A DNA stretch of 24,548 nucleotides, taken from positions 1 through 24,548 of IMG/VR virus record IMGVR_UViG_3300005805_000472; one strand, given 5' to 3'. The translations under genes and the position numbers were made by a program. This document shows positions 18,421-24,548 of the stretch, piece by piece. The notes below the pieces were generated by a model that did not search any database, had not been told where the DNA came from, and was given only the letters and a program-made list of their open reading frames with translations. Source of the stretch: a virus. Its lineage: Duplodnaviria; Caudoviricetes. How positions within the stretch are numbered: position 1 is the first letter of the stretch; every line of letters begins with the position of its first letter.

Positions 18421-18564
18421 ATGGGCGAAAAGATTGTGTTGATTCTGTCTGTGGCTCTTGGTGTGAGCGAAGCGCTTGCATTGATTCCAGTAGTGAAAGC
18501 TAACGGGATCATTGACGGCGTGATTAAGGTTCTCAAGGCACTTCTGTCTAAGAAGGATGTCTGA
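18421..18564 (+). CDS. 47-aa putative holin (not in ORF track)
   Basis: GGGGG RBS; MGEKIVLILSVALGVSEALALIPVVKANGIIDGVIKVLKALLSKKDV; hydrophobic with basic tail; lies between endolysin and spanin-like genes. Confidence 0.65.
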   Translation: MGEKIVLILSVALGVSEALALIPVVKANGIIDGVIKVLKALLSKKDV

Positions 18565-18769
18565 GATCCTAGCTTTTCTCCGAGTGCTTCCTGAGCTGAT
18601 AAAGCTACTCATTGGCTTATCGAAGCTCATTAAAGAGCAATTCGGGGATAACCCTGAGAAGTTTATCTTAGATTGTCATGAAGCGTTTGGAGCGCTTAAA
18701 GCGGCTAAGACTAAAGAAGAGAAAAGAGATGCGGCTCGCTCTATTGCTGATCTTATCAAGCGCCTTTAA
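18557..18769 (+). CDS. Putative inner-membrane spanin-like protein
   Basis: Hydrophobic N-terminus and charged helix; overlaps the lipoprotein gene. Confidence 0.45.
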   Translation: MSEILAFLRVLPELIKLLIGLSKLIKEQFGDNPEKFILDCHEAFGALKAAKTKEEKRDAARSIADLIKRL

Positions 18770-18956
18770 TGGCTGTGCTAGTGGTCCTAAAGTCACTGTT
18801 TGCGTAGTGGACGCTAATGGTAATACTCTAGAGTGCTCAGCTCCAGATGGATCTCAATACTCAAAGCCAGTTAGTGAGTCTGATAACTACTTGTGTCTGT
18901 CGCCAGATGATGCTCAAACCTTATTCAACTACCTGAAGTCTAGGTGTAAACCATGA
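18729..18956 (+). CDS. Lipoprotein, putative outer-membrane spanin
   Basis: Start MRLALLLILSSAFNG-C gives a signal peptide II with lipobox-like cysteine; overlapped arrangement as in Rz/Rz1. Confidence 0.6.
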   Translation: MRLALLLILSSAFNGCASGPKVTVCVVDANGNTLECSAPDGSQYSKPVSESDNYLCLSPDDAQTLFNYLKSRCKP

Positions 18957-19144
18957 GCGTCCAGCAGCTAATTACCACCTTGACTGCTGTGATTATGGGC
19001 TCTGTCTCGGTGGTGGCTTGGGCTTATGATCGCTTTGAAACGAAAGAGACGAGTCGGGAACGTATCGAGAGAATTGAAATCCGCCTCGACCGTATCGAAA
19101 ATAAGATCGACAGAATCCTTGAGCGAAAAGCAGATCGAAACTGA
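18953..19144 (+). CDS. Small membrane protein with coiled coil
   Basis: One TM segment then RIERIEIRLDRIENKIDRIL heptads; ATGA coupling. Confidence 0.6.
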   Translation: MSVQQLITTLTAVIMGSVSVVAWAYDRFETKETSRERIERIEIRLDRIENKIDRILERKADRN

Positions 19145-19475
19145 GATCCTCTTTCGCTTAAATCAAATCAAAGACTGTTACGCTTGGAAAAATCACACAA
19201 CAGGCATCTTCGATCCTAGGCGCGGAGTGTTCCGCAAGCTAGGAGGTTATGCCATTAAAGGTGTAAGTGACATTATCGGGATCTATAAAGGCAAGATGCT
19301 TTGTCTTGAGGTTAAATCAGCGACAGGGAAGCTACGTCCTGAGCAGCAAAAGTTCTTAGAAAGAATGAAGGAGCTTGGAGCTGTTACTGGCGTTGTAAGA
19401 TCTTGGCCCGAAGCGCAGCGCGTTTTGGATGAGATAACTGGCGACACTCAGCGCACTCAGGCTGAAACTTACTAG
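19119..19475 (+). CDS. VRR-NUC domain nuclease
   Basis: SEKQIETEI, KGVSDII, LEVKSATGKLRPEQQKFL, VVRS motifs; probable TTG start at 19119. Confidence 0.88.
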   Translation: MSEKQIETEILFRLNQIKDCYAWKNHTTGIFDPRRGVFRKLGGYAIKGVSDIIGIYKGKMLCLEVKSATGKLRPEQQKFLERMKELGAVTGVVRSWPEAQRVLDEITGDTQRTQAETY

Positions 19476-19611
19476 ATAAGGTCTTCTCGCCACACCAGTG
19501 ACAAGAGACCATTCTGCAACTCTTGCAGCATCCACTCAGATGAAGAGTGCATACGATGCCGCAAGAGTCACAAATCATTTGAGTGCTACTTAGTCTTTTT
19601 CTTGGAGACAA
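19384..19611 (-). CDS. Cys-rich zinc-finger mini-protein (paralog A1)
   Basis: Four CxxC pairs with spacing identical to 23504-23731. Confidence 0.7.
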   Translation of the reverse strand: MSPRKRLSSTQMICDSCGIVCTLHLSGCCKSCRMVSCHWCGEKTLSSKFQPECAECRQLSHPKRAALRAKILQRQ

Positions 19612-19774
19612 CTTTGCGTGCCTTTTTAGCGGTTTTCTTTGCTTTCATTTTCTTACTCTTTCCTGCCTTGGATAAGGCAATAGCAATCGCCTGAGGCTGA
19701 GCATAACCCTCACCCATAAGCGTGCTGATGTTTTTACTAACTACTTTCTGTGACTTCCCTTTTTTCAGAGGCAT
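19586..19774 (-). CDS. Small Lys-rich phage protein (MPLKKG...QAIAIALS type)
   Basis: Recognisable widespread phage motif; start at MPLKK (19774). Confidence 0.75.
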   Translation of the reverse strand: MPLKKGKSQKVVSKNISTLMGEGYAQPQAIAIALSKAGKSKKMKAKKTAKKARKVVSKKKTK

Positions 19775-19814
19775 AATTTCAGAAAGCATAAGTCTGACAG
19801 AATTGCTACAGTTT

Positions 19815-20768
19815 TTAGCAGTAGGGAATAAACCGAGGACCCCATTTGTCGATCCATGCCCATCCTAGTGTCCAGCCAGTCGTTCGAGTAGCTGTGTAGG
19901 TAAGCCCTGGAGCTTCCACATCGCCAGCAAGACCGGCGTTAAGCTCGAAGAAAGTTCTACCGCGAAAAGAGCGAAAAGAAGCGCCGCCGGTATGAGTGTG
20001 GCCGCATACTACATTCGTTAGAATATGATCTCGGTGAGCTCCTAATCCTAAGCGATAGCCGTGAATGAAAGTGATATCTGCGATCATATACTCTTCACGA
20101 GTGTCCATGACAGTATGGACATCCTTAAAGCTCAGATACTCTGTTAGATATTTCTCAGCCCAATGCTCGATTGTAGGCACTGATTCAAGTACGCGCTTAA
20201 TTGGACGGATTCCGTGATTTCCAATCAGCATGACTCGTTTAGCGCCTGGTGCTGCTAAAGCTAGCTCTGACCAGAACTTCTCTAGGTTCTCTCTAGCTAG
20301 CTGCTCTTCCTGCTTTGGAGTGAAGATATTGTGTGAGCGCGGAAACTTAGAATGACTGTAGAAATCAACAGCATCACCGACCTGTACGATCCATTCAGGC
20401 TGATGCTCTCGACAAAAATCAATGAAAGAGCTTTTTAGTTTAGCGTGGCTAAAGGGCTCATGCATATCTCCGAGGATTGCAATCTTTGGCCATACTGATT
20501 TCTCAATCTGTTCTCTAGGCTTATAGTCAGCTAGGTGCGAGACGATATCCTTCTCGAATATCTGATTAGTGATCTTAGGAAGCCTACGAGTCACATAGGT
20601 GTTCAGTCCAGCAGCTTGCTGTACGATTGCGAAGCCTCCGACAGTCGCAAGTTTCCTATGCGCTCCATGTACTTTTGCTTCAAATTCAGCTCTGGTCGGA
20701 CATCTTCCAAATTCAGTAGCGATGCTCTTAAGAGCAGCCACGAGCTCATGAAGCACAGTATTGTCCAT
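19815..20768 (-). CDS. Calcineurin-like metallophosphoesterase with short N-terminal helical module
   Basis: GDMH, GDAVD, GNH, HG and GHTH motifs; N-terminal [17 protein letters not shown] resembles the homing-endonuclease-associated repeat. Confidence 0.88.
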   Translation of the reverse strand: MDNTVLHELVAALKSIATEFGRCPTRAEFEAKVHGAHRKLATVGGFAIVQQAAGLNTYVTRRLPKITNQIFEKDIVSHLADYKPREQIEKSVWPKIAILGDMHEPFSHAKLKSSFIDFCREHQPEWIVQVGDAVDFYSHSKFPRSHNIFTPKQEEQLARENLEKFWSELALAAPGAKRVMLIGNHGIRPIKRVLESVPTIEHWAEKYLTEYLSFKDVHTVMDTREEYMIADITFIHGYRLGLGAHRDHILTNVVCGHTHTGGASFRSFRGRTFFELNAGLAGDVEAPGLTYTATRTTGWTLGWAWIDKWGPRFIPYC

Positions 20769-20774
20769 GCTTCG

Positions 20775-20802
20775 ATGCTAAAGCTTTTCGGCTAGACGTC
20801 AA
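20775..20802 (-). promoter_or_regulatory. Sigma70-like promoter, probably giving a leaderless mRNA
   Basis: TTGACG-16 nt-TAGCAT-6 nt-ATG, with no Shine-Dalgarno sequence before the ATG. Confidence 0.45.
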
Positions 20803-21088
20803 CCTCTAGTCTATGTCGTGGTGCGGTACAGACCTTGGGACTGTATCTAGCCTCAAAATCAAAGCTCCTGCGATTAGTGAGAAGCTGAGAATAATTTTCT
20901 ACTAACTTTTCAATACGCTTCAGATCATCGCAGAAGAAATGAGACTGCATCGAAGCTACTAGCTCTTTGTGGTGAGCCTGAGCAATGATTCCAATGAAGC
21001 GCTTAGCCCACTGCCGTTCAGTAAGTCTGACGCCGTTTTTAGAGGTAATGTAGTTATATTGATTTGGTTTTTGATCTGAGTTTTTCAT
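20792..21088 (-). CDS. Hypothetical protein (98 aa)
   Basis: Start MKNSDQ chosen from ATGA overlap with the upstream 51-aa ORF. Confidence 0.55.
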   Translation of the reverse strand: MKNSDQKPNQYNYITSKNGVRLTERQWAKRFIGIIAQAHHKELVASMQSHFFCDDLKRIEKLVENYSQLLTNRRSFDFEARYSPKVCTAPRHRLEVDV

Positions 21089-21240
21089 TCGTTTGATTGA
21101 TAGATATCGTAACGACTCCATCCAGTGCAGCAAGTAGGACAGGTCTCTCGAATTAGTGGATCAGTTTTAACTGTGACAAAGCCCTTCCCTAGGCAAGTCA
21201 GACAGTCTGGAGCCCCAGCTGGTTCAAAATCAAGGTACAT
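21085..21240 (-). CDS. 51-aa DnaJ-type zinc-finger mini-protein (not in ORF track)
   Basis: MYLDFEPAGAPDCLTCLGKGFVTVKTDPLIRETCPTCCTGWSRYDIYQSNE; CxxCxGxG...ETCxxC; overlaps the ERF stop and the next start. Confidence 0.7.
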   Translation of the reverse strand: MYLDFEPAGAPDCLTCLGKGFVTVKTDPLIRETCPTCCTGWSRYDIYQSNE

Positions 21241-21922
21241 CGGAATCCTTATCGAAGCTGAAGACTTCTTCGTATGTTTTTGAGGTGACGGTGTTGGTGA
21301 AGTTCATGAGTTCTGGAAGCGTCAATGCATTGGCATCAGCTTTACCGAAATACATTTTGGCATAGGTAGAGAGCTGGTCTCTAGTCCATGCTGTCGCTTT
21401 GATCTTATCGAAATAAGGCTTCTTAGCCGCTGTAGGCGTTTTTCCATCATCAGCAGGCTTAGGCTCTGTTTTGATCGTAGGAGTTGGCTGTGAGGCAGTT
21501 ACAGGGGCTGTAACAGGCTTTGCGTTAGGCGCTCTAGCCTGAGCTGCTTCCGCATCGTCATCGGTCTGATAAACGCCTACGATGGCAGCGAGGGAGTAGC
21601 GCCTTGCGTATGATGTCGCTGAGCCTATTGCCTGGGGATCTCGCTTTAATGCGATAATAGGAAATCGACCTTCAATCCATTGACCGGATGAGTGGGCAAG
21701 AGTGGTCACTAGTTCAAGATGTTCTGGAGTAGCCGCCTCAGTCGTCTGAATGACTGCTAGGCCGTTCTTCGATAATGGCTCGCGGATCGCATCCCAGACG
21801 CTCTGGAGATCGGCGTAATTGCTTTTAAAGAATGGATTAGCGCTATCTTTGACAGCGCCTTTAATTTCGGCCTGAGCTTTGGCTAAGGCTGTAGCTAATT
21901 TGTCGATTTGTTCTGATTTCAT
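21230..21922 (-). CDS. erf: ERF-family single-strand annealing protein
   Basis: KDSANPFFKSNYADL, LAHSSGQW, QAIGSATSYARRYSLAAIVG..DDDA signature; AAGGAG RBS. Confidence 0.93.
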   Translation of the reverse strand: MKSEQIDKLATALAKAQAEIKGAVKDSANPFFKSNYADLQSVWDAIREPLSKNGLAVIQTTEAATPEHLELVTTLAHSSGQWIEGRFPIIALKRDPQAIGSATSYARRYSLAAIVGVYQTDDDAEAAQARAPNAKPVTAPVTASQPTPTIKTEPKPADDGKTPTAAKKPYFDKIKATAWTRDQLSTYAKMYFGKADANALTLPELMNFTNTVTSKTYEEVFSFDKDSDVP

Positions 21923-21963
21923 GGTTTCTCCTTTGGGTGAGGAGTTGGCTATAAGAGAGCCTT

Positions 21964-21997
21964 AAAAAAGTAAAGGGACAAGTTGCCCTGTCCCTCT
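21964..21997 (-). terminator. Intrinsic terminator
   Basis: On the - strand AGAGGGACAGG-GCAA-CTTGTCCCTTT followed by ACTTTTTT. Confidence 0.75.
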
Positions 21998-22045
21998 ACA
22001 CCCAATGTGAAACCAGAAATGACTAGAAAGGAATAGCACTAGAGC

Positions 22046-22216
22046 TTATTCAGCGCCAGCCTGTTTCTTCTGATTTTCAATACCAGCCTTGGAGTAAGAA
22101 GCAAGGTCTTTGCCCTTTACATCGCCCATGGCGTCGATCTTAGACGACTTAACGCCCATTTTTGATTTATCAGACGACTTAGCCTCAGCTTTGCCGCCGT
22201 AGTTTTGTTCTTTCAT
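22046..22216 (-). CDS. 56-aa Lys/Gly/Ser-rich hypothetical protein
   Basis: GGAGG RBS before MKEQNYGG; followed by the terminator. Confidence 0.65.
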   Translation of the reverse strand: MKEQNYGGKAEAKSSDKSKMGVKSSKIDAMGDVKGKDLASYSKAGIENQKKQAGAE

Positions 22217-22297
22217 GTTGGAGCCTCCAAACAAACAATAACACAGCTAAAAGCCTTTAAGGTCAATGCTAGGATAAAATCGGGAGCAGGGCGCGAA

Positions 22298-22516
22298 CTA
22301 ACCGTTACCGTCACCGGAACCGGAACCGTTACCGTAGCCGTAACCGTCACCGGAACCGTCACCGTTACCGTAACCGTTACCGTAACCGTTACCGTTACCG
22401 TAACCGTAACCGTCACTGACACCGGAACCGGAACCGGAACCGTCACCGAAACCGTAACCGTAATCGAAACCGGAACCGGAACCGGAACCGGAACCGTCGT
22501 GCGCTACACTTTCCAC
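22298..22516 (-). CDS. Gly-X repeat protein (GSGDGYGYGNG)
   Basis: Overlaps the upstream gene's end; stop codon falls exactly at the end of the repeat; GTG start uncertain. Confidence 0.55.
   Translation of the reverse strand: MESVAHDGSGSGSGSGFDYGYGFGDGSGSGSGVSDGYGYGNGNGYGNGYGNGDGSGDGYGYGNGSGSGDGNG
22301..22498. repeat. Degenerate hexamer tandem array (NNC-GGT)n on - strand, about 33 units
   Basis: + strand units accgga/accgta/accgtt/accgtc/accgaa. Confidence 0.95.
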
Positions 22517-22803
22517 GATGGAACTCCTTGAATTGCTTTCATTGCTTCATTTGTACACTCCGCAATTTCAAACCCTTGTGGGCTGATGATCGTTGTTCTA
22601 GGGACTGGCATTCCAAACCGATTATCACCTTGCGTTGGGCCTGTAACTGCAACTTGCGAAAGGCTCGCTCCGTACCAACGCCACAGACGTATTGATTGAG
22701 TCAAAACGACTTGATCTTTTTTGATGGACTCCAAGTAACCGGCGTGAACTCCGGCAGTATGGGACCTAACAATAACATACTTCTTTTTTGTTTTTTTCTT
22801 CAT
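22504..22803 (-). CDS. Conserved phage protein (DUF6948-like, by recall)
   Basis: YVIVRSHTAGVHAGYL...IRLWRW.GASLSQVAVTG; this family is often next to Gly-X repeat ORFs. Confidence 0.75.
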   Translation of the reverse strand: MKKKTKKKYVIVRSHTAGVHAGYLESIKKDQVVLTQSIRLWRWYGASLSQVAVTGPTQGDNRFGMPVPRTTIISPQGFEIAECTNEAMKAIQGVPSWKV

Positions 22804-22816
22804 AGTTTTTCTCTGA

Positions 22817-23218
22817 TCAGAAAGGCACGTCTTCATCTGTGATGTTCGACTGAGGCAGATCCTGCTCTGGTCGCCACGGCAACCGATCGCTCTGTGGATG
22901 CTCTACGATGGGCTGAGCTGGCGCTGAGATGATGCTGATCTTTCTAGCGATGCACTGAAGCGTGCCAGTCGGTTTACCCATCTTATTCGTATAAGCACTA
23001 GCCTCTGGGGTGCCTTGTACTTCGATCACCATTCCGGTGAATAGTTTATGCTCGAACTCATTGGCGAGCTCATTGAAAGCTGTGCAATAGACCTTGCTCG
23101 GCCATCGTCCCTGTGGAGCTGGGATCTCGATCTGGAACTTGAGGTAGGGAGTACCCTTAATCGAAATCTTCTTCTCGGGATACTTATTGAGAGTTCCTTT
23201 TGCGGTCATGTATAGCAT
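22817..23218 (-). CDS. ssb: Single-stranded DNA-binding protein
   Basis: OB-fold pattern (GTLNKYPE, CTAFNELA, IEVQG, YTNKMG) and acidic DEDVPF C-terminal tail. Confidence 0.85.
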   Translation of the reverse strand: MLYMTAKGTLNKYPEKKISIKGTPYLKFQIEIPAPQGRWPSKVYCTAFNELANEFEHKLFTGMVIEVQGTPEASAYTNKMGKPTGTLQCIARKISIISAPAQPIVEHPQSDRLPWRPEQDLPQSNITDEDVPF

Positions 23219-23426
23219 GGCGTTTTGCCTCCAGTTTCATTTGGTGTTCAGCCAGTGTTTTTAGCACTGCTTCGATTGGGTTTAGACCTTGATGGGGTGT
23301 CGAATAGTTAGACACTCGCTCGACTCCATTCCAGTGACAGGACGTACAAGTCTCAGAGGTCTCTATTCCTGAGGTGTGGTCAAAGTATAGAAGCTCACCA
23401 GTACCACCACATTTTCGACAGATCAT
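23184..23426 (-). CDS. DnaJ-type zinc-finger mini-protein
   Basis: CRKCGGTG...ETCTSC; AGGA RBS. Confidence 0.7.
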   Translation of the reverse strand: MICRKCGGTGELLYFDHTSGIETSETCTSCHWNGVERVSNYSTPHQGLNPIEAVLKTLAEHQMKLEAKRHAIHDRKRNSQ

Positions 23427-23503
23427 TTCGGTCCTAACATATTGAAATCATTAGACTTCGGTTATCGGGTTAGGAACTAGATATACAACTAGGGACGATC
23501 TGT

Positions 23504-23731
23504 CTACAGCTTTTGCAGTACCTTGAGTCTAGCTTGGCGCTCAGCTGCGGTGAGGTCAGTGCAAGCGCTGCATATTGCTGGGTTTTTCTTACTGGTAGTG
23601 AGCTCCTGACAGTAATGGCACTTAACGGAGCGGCATTCCTGACAAAGGCCGGTGGAGTTGCTATTGCACTCTTTCTCGCACTTAATGCATAGATCGCGCA
23701 GGTAATTCTTTCTAACTCTCTTCGTCGTCAT
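23504..23731 (-). CDS. Cys-rich zinc-finger mini-protein (paralog A2)
   Basis: GAGG RBS before MTTKRV; four CxxC pairs. Confidence 0.72.
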   Translation of the reverse strand: MTTKRVRKNYLRDLCIKCEKECNSNSTGLCQECRSVKCHYCQELTTSKKNPAICSACTDLTAAERQARLKVLQKL

Positions 23732-23828
23732 AACCAGCCTCAATTATCAGATAATAGCAAAGCGCGCCTGTTACAAACCCTAAAAACCAGCAGATCAACT
23801 TCTCCGCAATGGGGTCGGTTACTTGCAT
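23712..23828 (-). CDS. 38-aa single-pass membrane peptide (not in ORF track)
   Basis: MQVTDPIAEKLICWFLGFVTGALCYYLIIEAGYDDEES; start overlaps the HNH stop and end overlaps the next gene. Confidence 0.65.
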   Translation of the reverse strand: MQVTDPIAEKLICWFLGFVTGALCYYLIIEAGYDDEES

Positions 23829-24274
23829 CGCCAGCGTTTTTTAGAATTATCGGAAGCTGTCAACCATTGGCAATTTTCTGGACAATAATTTCCATCATTA
23901 TCAATTCTGTCGATTGTGGCTTTTGGAAACCAATCTAAAAGAGCCCATTTTTTAAACACTGCAAAACTATGCCATTCCTTACAAACAGAAATGCCTCTAC
24001 CTCCATAGCGGTGAAATTTCTTATTTGATGGGCAATAACAACGATTCATCATTTGTTCCCAAGTGTTTTTTATTGGAGTTCCACGCTCTTTTTCATGTCC
24101 AGACCATCGATTAAGTTGATTTTTTTTTGCAGTACATAGCTTACATCTAAACTCTGGAACTCTTTTAACTCTATACCGATCTCTGGTTACAAGAATTCCA
24201 CAACCAATGCAGTTGTCTTGCAAAAAAAGTCGTTTTCTATTTCCAATAAAAACTTCTACTACTTGCATCGCCAT
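23819..24274 (-). CDS. Free-standing HNH-type homing endonuclease with N-terminal zinc ribbon
   Basis: MMNRC, YGGRGISVCKEW, TIDRIDNDGNYCPENCQW; CIGC..CKLC; visibly AT-richer than flanks; start at 24274 or 24268. Confidence 0.88.
   Translation of the reverse strand: MAMQVVEVFIGNRKRLFLQDNCIGCGILVTRDRYRVKRVPEFRCKLCTAKKNQLNRWSGHEKERGTPIKNTWEQMMNRCYCPSNKKFHRYGGRGISVCKEWHSFAVFKKWALLDWFPKATIDRIDNDGNYCPENCQWLTASDNSKKRWRCK
23820..24273. repeat. 14-bp direct repeat TACTTGCATCGCCA flanking the HNH gene
   Basis: Exact copies at 23820-23833 and 24260-24273. Confidence 0.92.
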
Positions 24275-24522
24275 CTTTGTAAACTTGCTCCTTTAGGAGT
24301 CATCTTCCCGCCCTTAGAGGTAGGGCCTGGCACCCCTGCCATACGAGCACAAAAGGATCTACGTCTAGCTGCTCGAGCCTCGCTTGGATTCTTCTCTGTT
24401 ACAGGCGCTTGGAGGTTAGAGCCATGTTCGCGGTTATACCGTTTCCTAGCTTTCTCGTTTAGTCCGCCAGTTCTAGCGTGTTTCTTCTTGTTATAGCCTA
24501 GGAATGGTTTCTTAGATGCCAT
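24259..24522 (-). CDS. Small basic conserved phage protein (DUF6321-like, by recall)
   Basis: GGLNEKARKRYNR..GSNLQAPV, ARRRSFCARM, terminal RWRC motif. Confidence 0.78.
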   Translation of the reverse strand: MASKKPFLGYNKKKHARTGGLNEKARKRYNREHGSNLQAPVTEKNPSEARAARRRSFCARMAGVPGPTSKGGKMTPKGASLQRWRCK

Positions 24523-24548
24523 GCGCTTAGCATGAATGAGCTTTCATA

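Noticed and set aside
22205-22531. Poly-TV ORFs on either strand; CRISPR array
   Set aside because: By-products of the hexamer repeat; there are no unique spacers or long repeats. The Gly-X frame fits operon direction and stop position best.
23819-24274. HNH as the collaborative-homing partner of the capsid intron
   Set aside because: About 23 kb apart in this window; collaborative homing needs close linkage for co-conversion.

Overview
Fragment of a tailed dsDNA phage genome with podovirus-like architecture and a Gram-negative host (spanin-like pair present). The + strand (1-19475) carries the 3' part of the major capsid gene, head and tail-fibre genes, an adaptor and nozzle-like pair, ejection proteins, an SLT endolysin/holin/spanin cassette and a VRR-NUC nuclease. 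The - strand (19384-24522) carries small auxiliary genes, a metallophosphoesterase, ERF recombinase, SSB and an HNH endonuclease. Main highlights: (1) an ORF-less 267-nt group I intron (885-1151) splits the capsid gene, and the unspliced frame ends in an ssrA-like -LAA degron; (2) a tRNA-shaped element with an enlarged anticodon arm (1675-1754) sits between structural genes; (3) an HNH gene lies between two copies of a 14-bp sequence containing both the upstream stop and the downstream start codon; (4) several small ORFs missed by the ORF track, and paralogous Cys-rich mini-proteins. All family names come from motif recognition and recall; no database searches were run.
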